Shown here one piece after another: positions 42,298 to 51,139 of a stretch of DNA of 64,000 nucleotides. Source of the DNA: a virus; the IMG/VR virus record IMGVR_UViG_3300028585_000019, positions 26,975 to 90,974 of that record; one strand, 5' to 3'. Positions within the stretch are counted from its first letter, which is position 1. Each line of letters begins with the position of its first letter. The translations under genes and the position numbers were made by a program. The notes under the pieces are model-generated. The model had not been told where the DNA came from. It ran no database searches and saw only the letters and a program-made list of their open reading frames with translations.

Positions 42298-43242
42298 CTA
42301 TTTCAGACCAGTTTTAAGGTAATTATCAAGGTTCCACTTATCATTTTCAGAGCGAAGCAGGTAAAGGAAGAACCCCATTTCATTCATTCGTTCATACCAT
42401 GAATCTTCCCAGCTTGAAGTATAACACTCATATATTCGCATTGCTAACTCTTTTTCTGTCTTGCAATCAGCTAAGATTTTATTTGCTGTTGCTTTACCAA
42501 CACCCTTAACTTTAATCTTGAATCGTTCTCGTGTAATCTCAGAAAGCTTCTCAATTCCGTAAATATTATCTGCTGCATCGCCCTCTAAAATTTGAATAGC
42601 AAAGTTCTTTGATTGAGTGAAGCTGTCGTTCCAATAGATACCATCTTCAAGTTTGTTGTAATTTAAGAGCCAACCACGACTGTTAGCTGCAATATCCTTG
42701 TCCACATAAGACAAAACAACGTTAGCTTTACTTTGGTCACGAGCTTTTAGTCCTTTCTTATAACTCTCCCACGCCAGTGTATTTACAACATCGTCCGTCT
42801 CTTTTCCTACAGCCTGGATAACTTTATCTTTATACTTCTTAAGGAAGAATTCTCGACACTCATTGAACAACAAAGGTTTGTCAGCCCGTTGACCTTTATA
42901 ATCTACATACTTGGCTTCAAAATCTTTTCGAAAGTTTCCCTCTCCCTCAATACAAAGAACAAAGTCATCACACCGAGCAGCTTCAACAATCTTCTCAACC
43001 TTCTGCTTTATTGATTGAAATGCAAACCTAGGCTCACCAACAACATTAGAGACTGTTTGGAAATCAAATTCATCCTTCTTCCATTTATCTTGAGATTTGA
43101 TCCATTCGTTGAACAAGGTCTTTGAGTCGAACAGCTTTTCTCTGCCCGAAGCTTTATGAACTACATTACATTTGTTCTCTTGTTGTTGTGCCGCTGAGCT
43201 ATAAAGGATCGTATCCGAATCTACAACTAGTAGTCTTGTCAT
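42298..43242 (-). CDS. 5'-3' exonuclease (T7 gp6/RNase H-like)
   Basis: VDSD, NFR, YKGQR, ETDD, DKD, GDAADNI.G and GVG..TA motifs. Confidence 0.88.
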   Translation of the reverse strand: MTRLLVVDSDTILYSSAAQQQENKCNVVHKASGREKLFDSKTLFNEWIKSQDKWKKDEFDFQTVSNVVGEPRFAFQSIKQKVEKIVEAARCDDFVLCIEGEGNFRKDFEAKYVDYKGQRADKPLLFNECREFFLKKYKDKVIQAVGKETDDVVNTLAWESYKKGLKARDQSKANVVLSYVDKDIAANSRGWLLNYNKLEDGIYWNDSFTQSKNFAIQILEGDAADNIYGIEKLSEITRERFKIKVKGVGKATANKILADCKTEKELAMRIYECYTSSWEDSWYERMNEMGFFLYLLRSENDKWNLDNYLKTGLK

Positions 43243-43688
43243 TAATCCTCCTGAATCATATTAATGACTCTGTGATAACCGATTACAATCCACCCATCTT
43301 CAGGAGGAAACCTATTCTTAAGCTGCTGTTCAGTCACACAAGATTTATCATAAATACCGTTAATATTATCCCACCCATCATCGGTATGAATAACTACATA
43401 AACTTCCATATACCCTCCAACGCAGTTAATTGCACTAAACTATCTAAACAAGCACACTTTAGTGCAATATATATATATATATTATATCACCTCAATTAAA
43501 ATGGGATCAGGTTATTTGATGGAGTAAATGAACTTTCATTTGTGTCCTCTTCATCATCCCCGTAAGCTTCCACCTCAGCCATAGAAGCGTAAGCTTCATA
43601 TTGTTCTGTGAATTCAAAGCTGTTCATTGATATTCTCCTTTAATTTATAAGAAAGCCCCAAACAATATTGAGGCCAGTCTTTGTTTAC

Positions 43689-43973
43689 TTACGAATAACG
43701 GTTTTGAATCTCTTCAATTTCCTCAAGCTCTTCGATCTTCTCTTTCAGATTATCTTGTTGAGCCTTGGCTTTTGCAGCTTTCAGAGTCAGAGCTACTACA
43801 GATTTCTCAAGACCCCCTTTGCAGAATTCTTTATGAAAAGTGAACTCATTCTTCAACTCAGATAGATCTTCTTTAAGGGTGATAAGTTCTTGGTTTATTT
43901 GATAAGCACGAGCATAGAGTGCTTTAGGATCTTTTGGGGTAGCTTGTTCAGTATTCGCTTCGCTCATAATCAT
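43689..43973 (-). CDS. small helical DNA-binding protein (GapR/T4 DsbA-like)
   Basis: EL..LKEDL.ELK.E...GL helical pattern. Confidence 0.45.
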   Translation of the reverse strand: MIMSEANTEQATPKDPKALYARAYQINQELITLKEDLSELKNEFTFHKEFCKGGLEKSVVALTLKAAKAKAQQDNLKEKIEELEEIEEIQNRYS

Positions 43974-44188
43974 TTCTCCTCATTAATTTCAATTTGTACA
44001 TCAGCTTGGTTATTTTCAATACTAATTTTAAACACAATACGATCATAATCTTCATTACTAATATTAAGATCAGCTCCAATCTTATCAAGCAAGCTTCGTG
44101 CAACAGAGCCAGAAGGGTTTACATGCCCAATAAGACAAGAGAGCAAGAAATATTCTTCTTGTGTTAGGGATAGATTTTTCATATCCAC
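43970..44188 (-). CDS. hypothetical protein
   Basis: 72 aa, AAGGAG RBS. Confidence 0.55.
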   Translation of the reverse strand: MDMKNLSLTQEEYFLLSCLIGHVNPSGSVARSLLDKIGADLNISNEDYDRIVFKISIENNQADVQIEINEEK

Positions 44189-44210
44189 CGCAGTCTCTCC
44201 TTTAAATAGA

Positions 44211-44234
44211 AGGGCTACTATGTAAGCTAGCCCT
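44211..44234 (-). terminator. probable terminator after the SSB-like gene
   Basis: AGGGCTA/TAGCCCT stem. Confidence 0.5.
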
Positions 44235-44244
44235 GTTTGTTACA

Positions 44245-45303
44245 TCAGATCATATGAAGGAAAAGCTTACCTTCTTGCAGACCAATTGGGGCAAAAGGCA
44301 AATCATCAAACTCGTCAGCACTTACAGTTGGTGTTGGTTTGTTAGCCGGTTTTGGTTTCTCTGCTGGGGATTGTTGCTGAACTGTCGCTTGTCCCTCATT
44401 AGTATTAGCTTGAACCTTACCAACTTGAATCAAAGCCTTCTGAACATCACTACCTTCAAAGTTCTGTGCAAGACGCATGGTGTTTACAACACTTTGACGA
44501 AGTTGCTTCAGTTCATCAGGATTCTGTTCACCTTTAAAATTGACGCCGTAGATGTACTCTGGAGCAAGCTCAGGGATCATAGGAACCATTACATCGGGTA
44601 CTTGACCAGACAGCTTTACCTTCTCATTCAGGTACTCTTTACCGTCATCACCTTTCTTAGTGAACACTTGCACTTCAAACAGAGCAGCTTTACCAAGCAG
44701 GTTACCTAGCATAAAAGGTTTGAAGTTGCCTTTATCATCCAGAACATCTGTAGCTGCTGCCAGCTTGTAGATTTGAGTGTTGTTCTTAAAGCCCCAGCTA
44801 CCATCAGCCTGCTTCACTTCCTTGATGTTATACGGCTTACCAACAGTCTTGCCAACGCCCTTAATGAAGAACTCACCATTGAGTAGCATACGAAGAGGAT
44901 GCTCACTAGCATTTTCATCACCAAAGAACTGACCTTGATTAATCATTACGCCTGGGAAATCCACAGTAAATGCTACTTGCTGACAAGGTTTAACTTCCCA
45001 ACGCTTATAGCGAGTTGGAACTCCTTTATCATCAGGCAGAGTTTCAAAGTATTGATTGGGGTTCTTCTCAAGCTCTGCTGCCTCACTAGCCTCATCACCA
45101 GTCCAGGCCATTTTTGCATCCTCCTGAACCTGAAGACCAAGATCAATGATACCACTGATGATACCAATCATAGCCTTAGCTTTCTTTTGAGTACCTACAG
45201 TTTCAACCAGATACTTAGCCCGAGCATCCCAATCAACTTGTACAGAGTTGGAAGATTGAGTATTGGTTTGAGTGGAGCCTTCAACATGAAAAGTAAACGA
45301 CAT
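44245..45303 (-). CDS. probable single-stranded DNA-binding protein
   Basis: IIDLGLQ motif; low-complexity linker; C-terminal DEFDDLPF; location in the replication module. Confidence 0.6.
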   Translation of the reverse strand: MSFTFHVEGSTQTNTQSSNSVQVDWDARAKYLVETVGTQKKAKAMIGIISGIIDLGLQVQEDAKMAWTGDEASEAAELEKNPNQYFETLPDDKGVPTRYKRWEVKPCQQVAFTVDFPGVMINQGQFFGDENASEHPLRMLLNGEFFIKGVGKTVGKPYNIKEVKQADGSWGFKNNTQIYKLAAATDVLDDKGNFKPFMLGNLLGKAALFEVQVFTKKGDDGKEYLNEKVKLSGQVPDVMVPMIPELAPEYIYGVNFKGEQNPDELKQLRQSVVNTMRLAQNFEGSDVQKALIQVGKVQANTNEGQATVQQQSPAEKPKPANKPTPTVSADEFDDLPFAPIGLQEGKLFLHMI

Positions 45304-45393
45304 ATTTTATTTCCTCTTTTGCGATTTTAAGTTTTGTCACTATGACATTTATTACAGCTTTGCAACGACTCAACCTAAAGAGAAGATTGAGCT

Positions 45394-45413
45394 TTATTCC
45401 ATCCTTGGAATAA
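45394..45413 (-). promoter_or_regulatory. 5' leader hairpin with CsrA/RsmA consensus loop
   Basis: Minus strand TTATTC-CAAGGATG-GAATAA, immediately after a TATAAT box (45419-24). Confidence 0.45.
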
Positions 45414-45451
45414 TCCCGATTATAGCATATTTCAGATATAACATTCAACAT

Positions 45452-45661
45452 TTATTTTCGCTTACTACTCTCAGCAAGAACCAAGCCGAGGAACATAATC
45501 AGTAGGATTACTAGAACCACAACAAAGGGTGCCCAAAGAGGGGCAGTAACCCAAATCCAACTCCAAGCAATCACATTAGTAAGCTTCAGGGTTAGAAAGA
45601 CAATGAACAACAAACCAAAGAAGCCAATACCACCACTATTCTTCACCACTGTATTACTCAT
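45452..45661 (-). CDS. small membrane protein
   Basis: GGIGF.GLL.IVF.TLKL..VI.WSW.WV.APLW conserved phage motif. Confidence 0.75.
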   Translation of the reverse strand: MSNTVVKNSGGIGFFGLLFIVFLTLKLTNVIAWSWIWVTAPLWAPFVVVLVILLIMFLGLVLAESSKRK

Positions 45662-45670
45662 ATTATCTCC

Positions 45671-45943
45671 TTAAAGACTTTCAATAGCTTCAAAAATAAG
45701 CTTGTCTGCTTCTCGTGTATCAACCTCATCAAGATATCCATCTTCTGTTAAAGACCCCGCTACAGCGCCTGCCTTAACAAGGGCAATATACAGCTCAAAC
45801 TCCCAACTTGAATTACCAAATGGACGTTTACCAGAGAAGCCTTCACCTTCGTTGTACAGTGCCCATAGAAGAGCTTTTAGGTAGTCTTTAATGGTGGATG
45901 CTTTCGCATCATTAATCTGCATCGGAATATCTAAGGTACTCAT
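45671..45943 (-). CDS. hypothetical phage protein
   Basis: EGEGFSGKRPFGNSSW motif. Confidence 0.65.
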   Translation of the reverse strand: MSTLDIPMQINDAKASTIKDYLKALLWALYNEGEGFSGKRPFGNSSWEFELYIALVKAGAVAGSLTEDGYLDEVDTREADKLIFEAIESL

Positions 45944-46130
45944 ATCAACGCACTCGACGACTATCTTCAAGCTTATAGACATGCTGAACAATGAAAGCTT
46001 CACAACCAGCCTCTTTCTCAGCCTTAAGAGCTACACGAGCTTCTTTACGTGTCGGGTGAATCGATACATCAGTGTCATAGCCCTTAGATACCACTTGATA
46101 TGCATATCGTACAGTTTTCATATTTACTCC

Positions 46131-46331
46131 TTAGTTAAAATTCTTAATACGTTCTAGTAGGGTATTAGCATACGCGTTCATTTGAGCGTTCTGGATGATC
46201 ATTCGATCACGTTCATCTTGATCGGGGACAATGGCTGTAAATTTATCACTAAGGATAAAGTCTGTCAGTTTACGAATCTTATCCTCAAGATCGTTTAACT
46301 CGTCTACTACACGTTGCTGATGTGGTTGCAT
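46131..46331 (-). CDS. crAss001_48-like hairpin protein
   Basis: HQQRVVDE...L..KI.KL..FI...Q...M..Y...L.ERI..F. Confidence 0.7.
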   Translation of the reverse strand: MQPHQQRVVDELNDLEDKIRKLTDFILSDKFTAIVPDQDERDRMIIQNAQMNAYANTLLERIKNFN

Positions 46332-46631
46332 CTATTCCTCCTCTTGATTAAGATTTTGATCAACCAAAGCATTAGCTTCACAAATAATATACACTTTACG
46401 AACCTCCTTCAAATTATAAATATAACGGCTATTGCTATTCCTATTTACAATACGAAGCTCTTTGCCCTCTTTCTGAATCAATCGTACATTAGTGATTGAA
46501 TCACGAACAGCATTCTTATCACGCCACTCAACATAAAGTTCCATATCAATGTGATCAGGAATCTCGTGAATGAAGTCATCTCCTTTTAGATCTAGCTGCG
46601 GTACAGCATTTAGTGGTTTGTTTTTAGACAA
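46332..46631 (-). CDS. hypothetical protein
   Basis: 99-aa ORF in a tightly packed operon. Confidence 0.55.
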   Translation of the reverse strand: MSKNKPLNAVPQLDLKGDDFIHEIPDHIDMELYVEWRDKNAVRDSITNVRLIQKEGKELRIVNRNSNSRYIYNLKEVRKVYIICEANALVDQNLNQEEE

Positions 46632-46860
46632 GCTCTACCTCCTCATCTACAACTTCAGCCTTGTATACAGTAGGAGCAAACTCAACAGAATAGCCATCAA
46701 ATAAGGCTTTTTGTCGGGCGAGATATTCTGCAATATCTTGGAGACTCTCTACATCCCACATTACTTCAGAGAAATCATCCAAGTATTCTTGTGTAACAAT
46801 CTCGTCATCAAGCTCAACTTCAACAGTTTGAATGACGTTAAATGTGAATTTATGTTTCAT
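46624..46860 (-). CDS. hypothetical protein
   Basis: 78 aa, AAGGAG RBS. Confidence 0.65.
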   Translation of the reverse strand: MKHKFTFNVIQTVEVELDDEIVTQEYLDDFSEVMWDVESLQDIAEYLARQKALFDGYSVEFAPTVYKAEVVDEEVELV

Positions 46861-47097
46861 TTATTTCTCCTTCTTTTGCTTAACAATCTTATCAATTTTA
46901 GTTTGATACAAATCCCACTCGCTTGCAGAGATACCGCCATCGTTCAGATAAGCAGACAATACACCAGACAAGAAGATTTCATAGTATTCTATCATCGTCT
47001 TCTTGTTGCTATTTTGAAGCAACCCAACAAGCTTGTCAATATAGTTTAGACGTTGTTCATGAAACATCTTTTTGAATACATCTTCATTCTCTGTCAT
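46861..47097 (-). CDS. hypothetical protein
   Basis: 78-aa ORF abutting the next gene. Confidence 0.6.
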   Translation of the reverse strand: MTENEDVFKKMFHEQRLNYIDKLVGLLQNSNKKTMIEYYEIFLSGVLSAYLNDGGISASEWDLYQTKIDKIVKQKKEK

Positions 47098-47114
47098 ATT
47101 TGGTGTCTACCTAT

Positions 47115-47309
47115 TTAACTGTTAGCCATTTTCAAGATATGTTCTTTCTGTGCAATCTCATTACCAAAGCGAATGATTTCTTTACGCGCTTCTTTTAGAC
47201 TCATATTACCGAGGCAACTTACCAGATGCTTCTTCCAACGAGCATAACCAATTTCTGTCAAATGCTCTTTGAATGTAGCTTTGAGCGTATTTAGTTCCTC
47301 TGCGTTCAT
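47115..47309 (-). CDS. hypothetical protein
   Basis: 64 aa, AAGGA RBS. Confidence 0.55.
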   Translation of the reverse strand: MNAEELNTLKATFKEHLTEIGYARWKKHLVSCLGNMSLKEARKEIIRFGNEIAQKEHILKMANS

Positions 47310-47512
47310 TAGAAATCCTTCTTAAAAAGACAATAGCTGATAATACCACCAACACAACCAGAAGCCATAACCCCTTCCAAGCCGGTGAGACCAAATACAG
47401 ATTTATTCATAATCGTCCACAAAGTAACACCCATGGCAAAAATTACATACTTCATTTTACTTCTCCTATTTAACAGGAATAGACCAATTTCTATTCCCTT
47501 TGTGTTGTGTGT

Positions 47513-47541
47513 ATTCTAGCTGGCTTGGTGTGGGGTGTCAA
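47513..47541 (-). promoter_or_regulatory. sigma70 promoter
   Basis: TTGACA-17-TAGAAT. Confidence 0.7.
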
Positions 47542-47566
47542 GGGGATTTTCTATGAAAATGAACAA

Positions 47567-50500
47567 TCAATGACACATGTGCCAATCCAATCCCAGAACA
47601 TACCCGGCACTGAGTGGCATGTTCATACTGAAGTCCTTGTTTACTGCCTCGACGGCCATTGCCATCAACTCGCCTTGTCGGCAGTATCCTACAAACCAGC
47701 CCTTGTCACTATGCTGTACATCCCCCCAAACCTCCCGTTGTGCCTTCTTAAAATCAATAGCTTCCTGCTCAGTTTTAAACAACCTAAACTTTACAGAGCC
47801 CTTATCCACTTCACCTTGCGCCTCATCGTGCATCGCGATCATCTGTTGCCAATATTTCCTGTCCTTGGTTAGCTCGTCTTTGAAGAAATCGACAATGTAT
47901 CCCTCCTTCTCAGCAAAACGATCATGGTACACCATTACCTTCTTCGCACAAACAACACCACCACCTTGCAGCAAACTGTTGAGGATCGCATGTGCTGATC
48001 GAGTAGGAACAAGGCGACCGTCAATACCGAGGATACGCTTCTTCTGAAACTTACCTTCCCATTCTCTCTTCAGGGCATCCTTAAGCAACGCCAATGGTTC
48101 TGCTGCTTGCCAAAATGCATCAAACACCTGCTGACCAACCTCAAGAGGAGCACCGATGGTCTTAGCTACTTTGGCAGCCTGGGCGCCGTATGTACAGTTC
48201 CCTGTGATTGTTACAATGCCATTCTGTCGAATAACGAAGTTATCAGTACCTGTGGTCAGACAGAATACATCTGCATACCGCTCACCTATGTGTTTGAACT
48301 CTTGGGTGGTTACGTGTGGTCGCTTCTTTTGAAAGCGAATGTTCTTGCACTTACCTTTACCACGACAAGTTACATTCCAACCTAGCAGGTATCCACACAA
48401 AACAAGTGCATCTGCAATGTTACCTTCGTTCTGCTTGAATCTCCAAGCATTAGCTTCCTCGTTACCTTTAGAGTCACCATCTGCCAACCAAAACGCATAC
48501 ATAAATGCTTCAAGAGCTTCTTTTGAAAGTGTAAGTATCCAGGCGCACCAATCTACATCGTGCTTTTGTTTACGACAACCTACAACCTTATCCAGAAACG
48601 GCCTAAAAGTTTTAGCTCGTAAGCGATAGTTAGTAACCTTATAGGTGTTATCACTCTTTACCACACAAGTGTGGTACTCCATACAGTTAGCTTCTAATAC
48701 GCGGACAATCTCGCTCTGATACTTATGCTCCGCTTGTGAGATTGATGCAACTAGACCTTTCTTAGTCCCGTGAGAGCTGCTAGTACCCCCCTCTTTCTCA
48801 GACCAGCAGTAGTAACCATCAGCCAATACCCATGCAACCAAAGCTGCTTCATCTGGGGTAATTGAAGAACTACCTCCAACGTAAGGTGCAGTATTCAAGA
48901 TATAGTGGGTCTGTTTAATCTCCTCGGTCGTAAATACGCGAGGCTCAATCACTTTAATCGCTGTAGCTTTGTTGCCATATTGCTTCAAAACCATACCATA
49001 CCAACGATGATCTAGTGTTGCCTCAACGCTCCAATTAGTATGCCCAAAGTGCTTTACGTAAGCGTCCTTGTAGAAGTGCGTTTGTTTTACGGTAGTCCAT
49101 TCATTAGCACCTCGCTCTGCGTTGTAGCCGAGTACACGAACACCTTCAAAAACTTCATCAAACTTCTTCCAGCCGGAATCAGTCAGAATTTCCGTAGTAT
49201 CTGTTGGCAAACAACCGTATTTAACGTTCTTCGCTGGGCTTCGACCAAAGTCTTGACCAATAATCTCGCTGATACGTTTACTCATCTTTGTATGCACGTC
49301 ATTTGGCTTTTCTTGAACCAAAGAATTGCAGTAAGACTTATCTGGATCAGTCTCATACTGATAGCAATTATGGCTCTCGATCACTGCCTCCAATGATGAA
49401 AAGTCATACCCCAGTTGCCAAGAAACACTTGCATCCGCCCGAAACATACCGCGCATTTGCTCACCAAATAAGCTAGTGGAGCGGGGCACGTTTACACATA
49501 TACGATGACGCATGCGCGAAGTCGCAGCATCACACGTGCCGGCAGGCGTAGGAATACGGCCATCTTCTCGCAGGTTTGCCAAATATCCATTAGCGGACTG
49601 CTCATCTGTATCATCTTCAAAGTCCTCGAAGCTTACGCCTCCCCCCAGAATAGAATTACGGCGATGGCGATAGGTAAGGTACTCTGTGATGTCCGTAATG
49701 CAACGCAGTTCGTCTGAGCTTTCAGCTAGTGTTTTAAGATTCTTACAAACCTCCTTTTCTTGGCCTGTGGTGAAGCTTGGGTTAGTTTGAACCTTAATAC
49801 CACCATTACGCTCCATACGCTTACTAAAGTAGTTCTGCAATTTTACTCGTGCTTGATCTTTGGTAATATTTTTCTTATAGGGAATCTCCAAGAAATCCAT
49901 TCGGTCAAACATAAAATTACTATTGACCGTCTGTTCAATATACCGGTCAATAGTTGCCTTAAGCTTCTCTGGTGGAAGCTTAATCTTCCCTGTGCCGACG
50001 GTAAGATCTTTCTCCTTGTATTCTAGTACCTTCCAACCGAGACCAACCAACCACTCTTTAATGTGGGTAGTGTCATTGATTGTTGCTCGCATCTCTGCAA
50101 CCAATGCTTGCTCTGCTGGGAGGGGCAGAGGCATAATCTTCCCATTCCAATTAAACATGTACCCCGCATCCGTCTCCTCAATAATCGCACCAAGCTTCTC
50201 TGCGAACTTCAGCATGTTTGCACTAGGTTCACCAGTGCTCTTCTTAAATTGAAGTTTTGGTGGTGTGTAATCCTTCAGAAAAGATTTAGTAGCGGGGCGT
50301 GGTGGAAGTATTGCCTCAATCTTAACACGGCGTTCTTCCATCATCTGATCAAGATTCTTCAGATTCTCCTCTGCCAGTTCTTTATCGAAGTGGAAGCCAC
50401 GGTGCTCTTGCCGAGTAATCAGCTCTGCCACTTGCTTCTCTAGCTTCAGTGCCGGGTGCCACTTATCATTCCAATCCCAAATCTTCATCTCTTCATCAAG

Positions 50501-51139
50501 AAGATCAGCTACAGAGATATTAGCCTTAACGTCCAAGATGTTGTAATAAAGCATATCTGGCCCGAACTTCTCAAAGCGAGCATCTTTGGGTACGTGATAG
50601 CGGAACTCCATCTTCTTGTCGTCACCTTTGGATGCCAAGTTATCCAAACTGTGGCCGCCAAACCGATCAGGATTCAGCACCTTGCTGCGAATCATCGTAT
50701 CGTCAAAGTTTACAACTTTACCAGCCCAGCGGTCATCACCGATAGGAGTATTCATCCCGCACTCAACTTTATAATCAACACCATAGTATAACTTGATGGC
50801 GAGTAAATCATAATTAATCTGGTTATGGGCTATGACGGTGCTGTTCTCAGGCAACCACGCAAGAAACTTGATAAAGTCATCCAGCTTGCGGTGTGTATAG
50901 TCTAAAGGTACATAATCTTTGAATACATAAGAGTGCTGACCAAGGTCAATATTGAAAGGATTGCCTTGGGTGAAGTCAAACTTCTCTCCATCATGAAAAC
51001 CAATAATCTTATTATCAAAGATAACAACAATACAGTGAATTTTATAACTATCTTTGAGCTTATATGGTACAGATGTATAATCAATAGACGACTCATTCAG
51101 AAGATTCGTCGCCTCAATATCCCAAGCAATCTTTTTCAC
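47567..51139 (-). CDS. polA: DNA polymerase family A with 3'-5' exonuclease, intein-containing
   Basis: WDIE, HNQINYD and YNILD exonuclease motifs; YDFSSLE motif A; AKNVKYG|CTYG motif B; LNSLLQ; MHDE motif C. Confidence 0.93.
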   Translation of the reverse strand: MKKIAWDIEATNLLNESSIDYTSVPYKLKDSYKIHCIVVIFDNKIIGFHDGEKFDFTQGNPFNIDLGQHSYVFKDYVPLDYTHRKLDDFIKFLAWLPENSTVIAHNQINYDLLAIKLYYGVDYKVECGMNTPIGDDRWAGKVVNFDDTMIRSKVLNPDRFGGHSLDNLASKGDDKKMEFRYHVPKDARFEKFGPDMLYYNILDVKANISVADLLDEEMKIWDWNDKWHPALKLEKQVAELITRQEHRGFHFDKELAEENLKNLDQMMEERRVKIEAILPPRPATKSFLKDYTPPKLQFKKSTGEPSANMLKFAEKLGAIIEETDAGYMFNWNGKIMPLPLPAEQALVAEMRATINDTTHIKEWLVGLGWKVLEYKEKDLTVGTGKIKLPPEKLKATIDRYIEQTVNSNFMFDRMDFLEIPYKKNITKDQARVKLQNYFSKRMERNGGIKVQTNPSFTTGQEKEVCKNLKTLAESSDELRCITDITEYLTYRHRRNSILGGGVSFEDFEDDTDEQSANGYLANLREDGRIPTPAGTCDAATSRMRHRICVNVPRSTSLFGEQMRGMFRADASVSWQLGYDFSSLEAVIESHNCYQYETDPDKSYCNSLVQEKPNDVHTKMSKRISEIIGQDFGRSPAKNVKYGCLPTDTTEILTDSGWKKFDEVFEGVRVLGYNAERGANEWTTVKQTHFYKDAYVKHFGHTNWSVEATLDHRWYGMVLKQYGNKATAIKVIEPRVFTTEEIKQTHYILNTAPYVGGSSSITPDEAALVAWVLADGYYCWSEKEGGTSSSHGTKKGLVASISQAEHKYQSEIVRVLEANCMEYHTCVVKSDNTYKVTNYRLRAKTFRPFLDKVVGCRKQKHDVDWCAWILTLSKEALEAFMYAFWLADGDSKGNEEANAWRFKQNEGNIADALVLCGYLLGWNVTCRGKGKCKNIRFQKKRPHVTTQEFKHIGERYADVFCLTTGTDNFVIRQNGIVTITGNCTYGAQAAKVAKTIGAPLEVGQQVFDAFWQAAEPLALLKDALKREWEGKFQKKRILGIDGRLVPTRSAHAILNSLLQGGGVVCAKKVMVYHDRFAEKEGYIVDFFKDELTKDRKYWQQMIAMHDEAQGEVDKGSVKFRLFKTEQEAIDFKKAQREVWGDVQHSDKGWFVGYCRQGELMAMAVEAVNKDFSMNMPLSAGYVLGLDWHMCH
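48197..49213 (-). mobile_element. intein with LAGLIDADG endonuclease (339 aa) in polymerase motif B
   Basis: Begins CLPTDTTEILT; block B ATLDHRW; AWVLADG and AFWLADG; VFCLTT...NF; ends ITGN before +1 Cys. Confidence 0.9.

Noticed and set aside
43467-43486. (TA)n microsatellite
   Set aside because: Short, intergenic and AT-rich; it probably just forms an UP-like element upstream of a promoter, with no evidence of phase variation.
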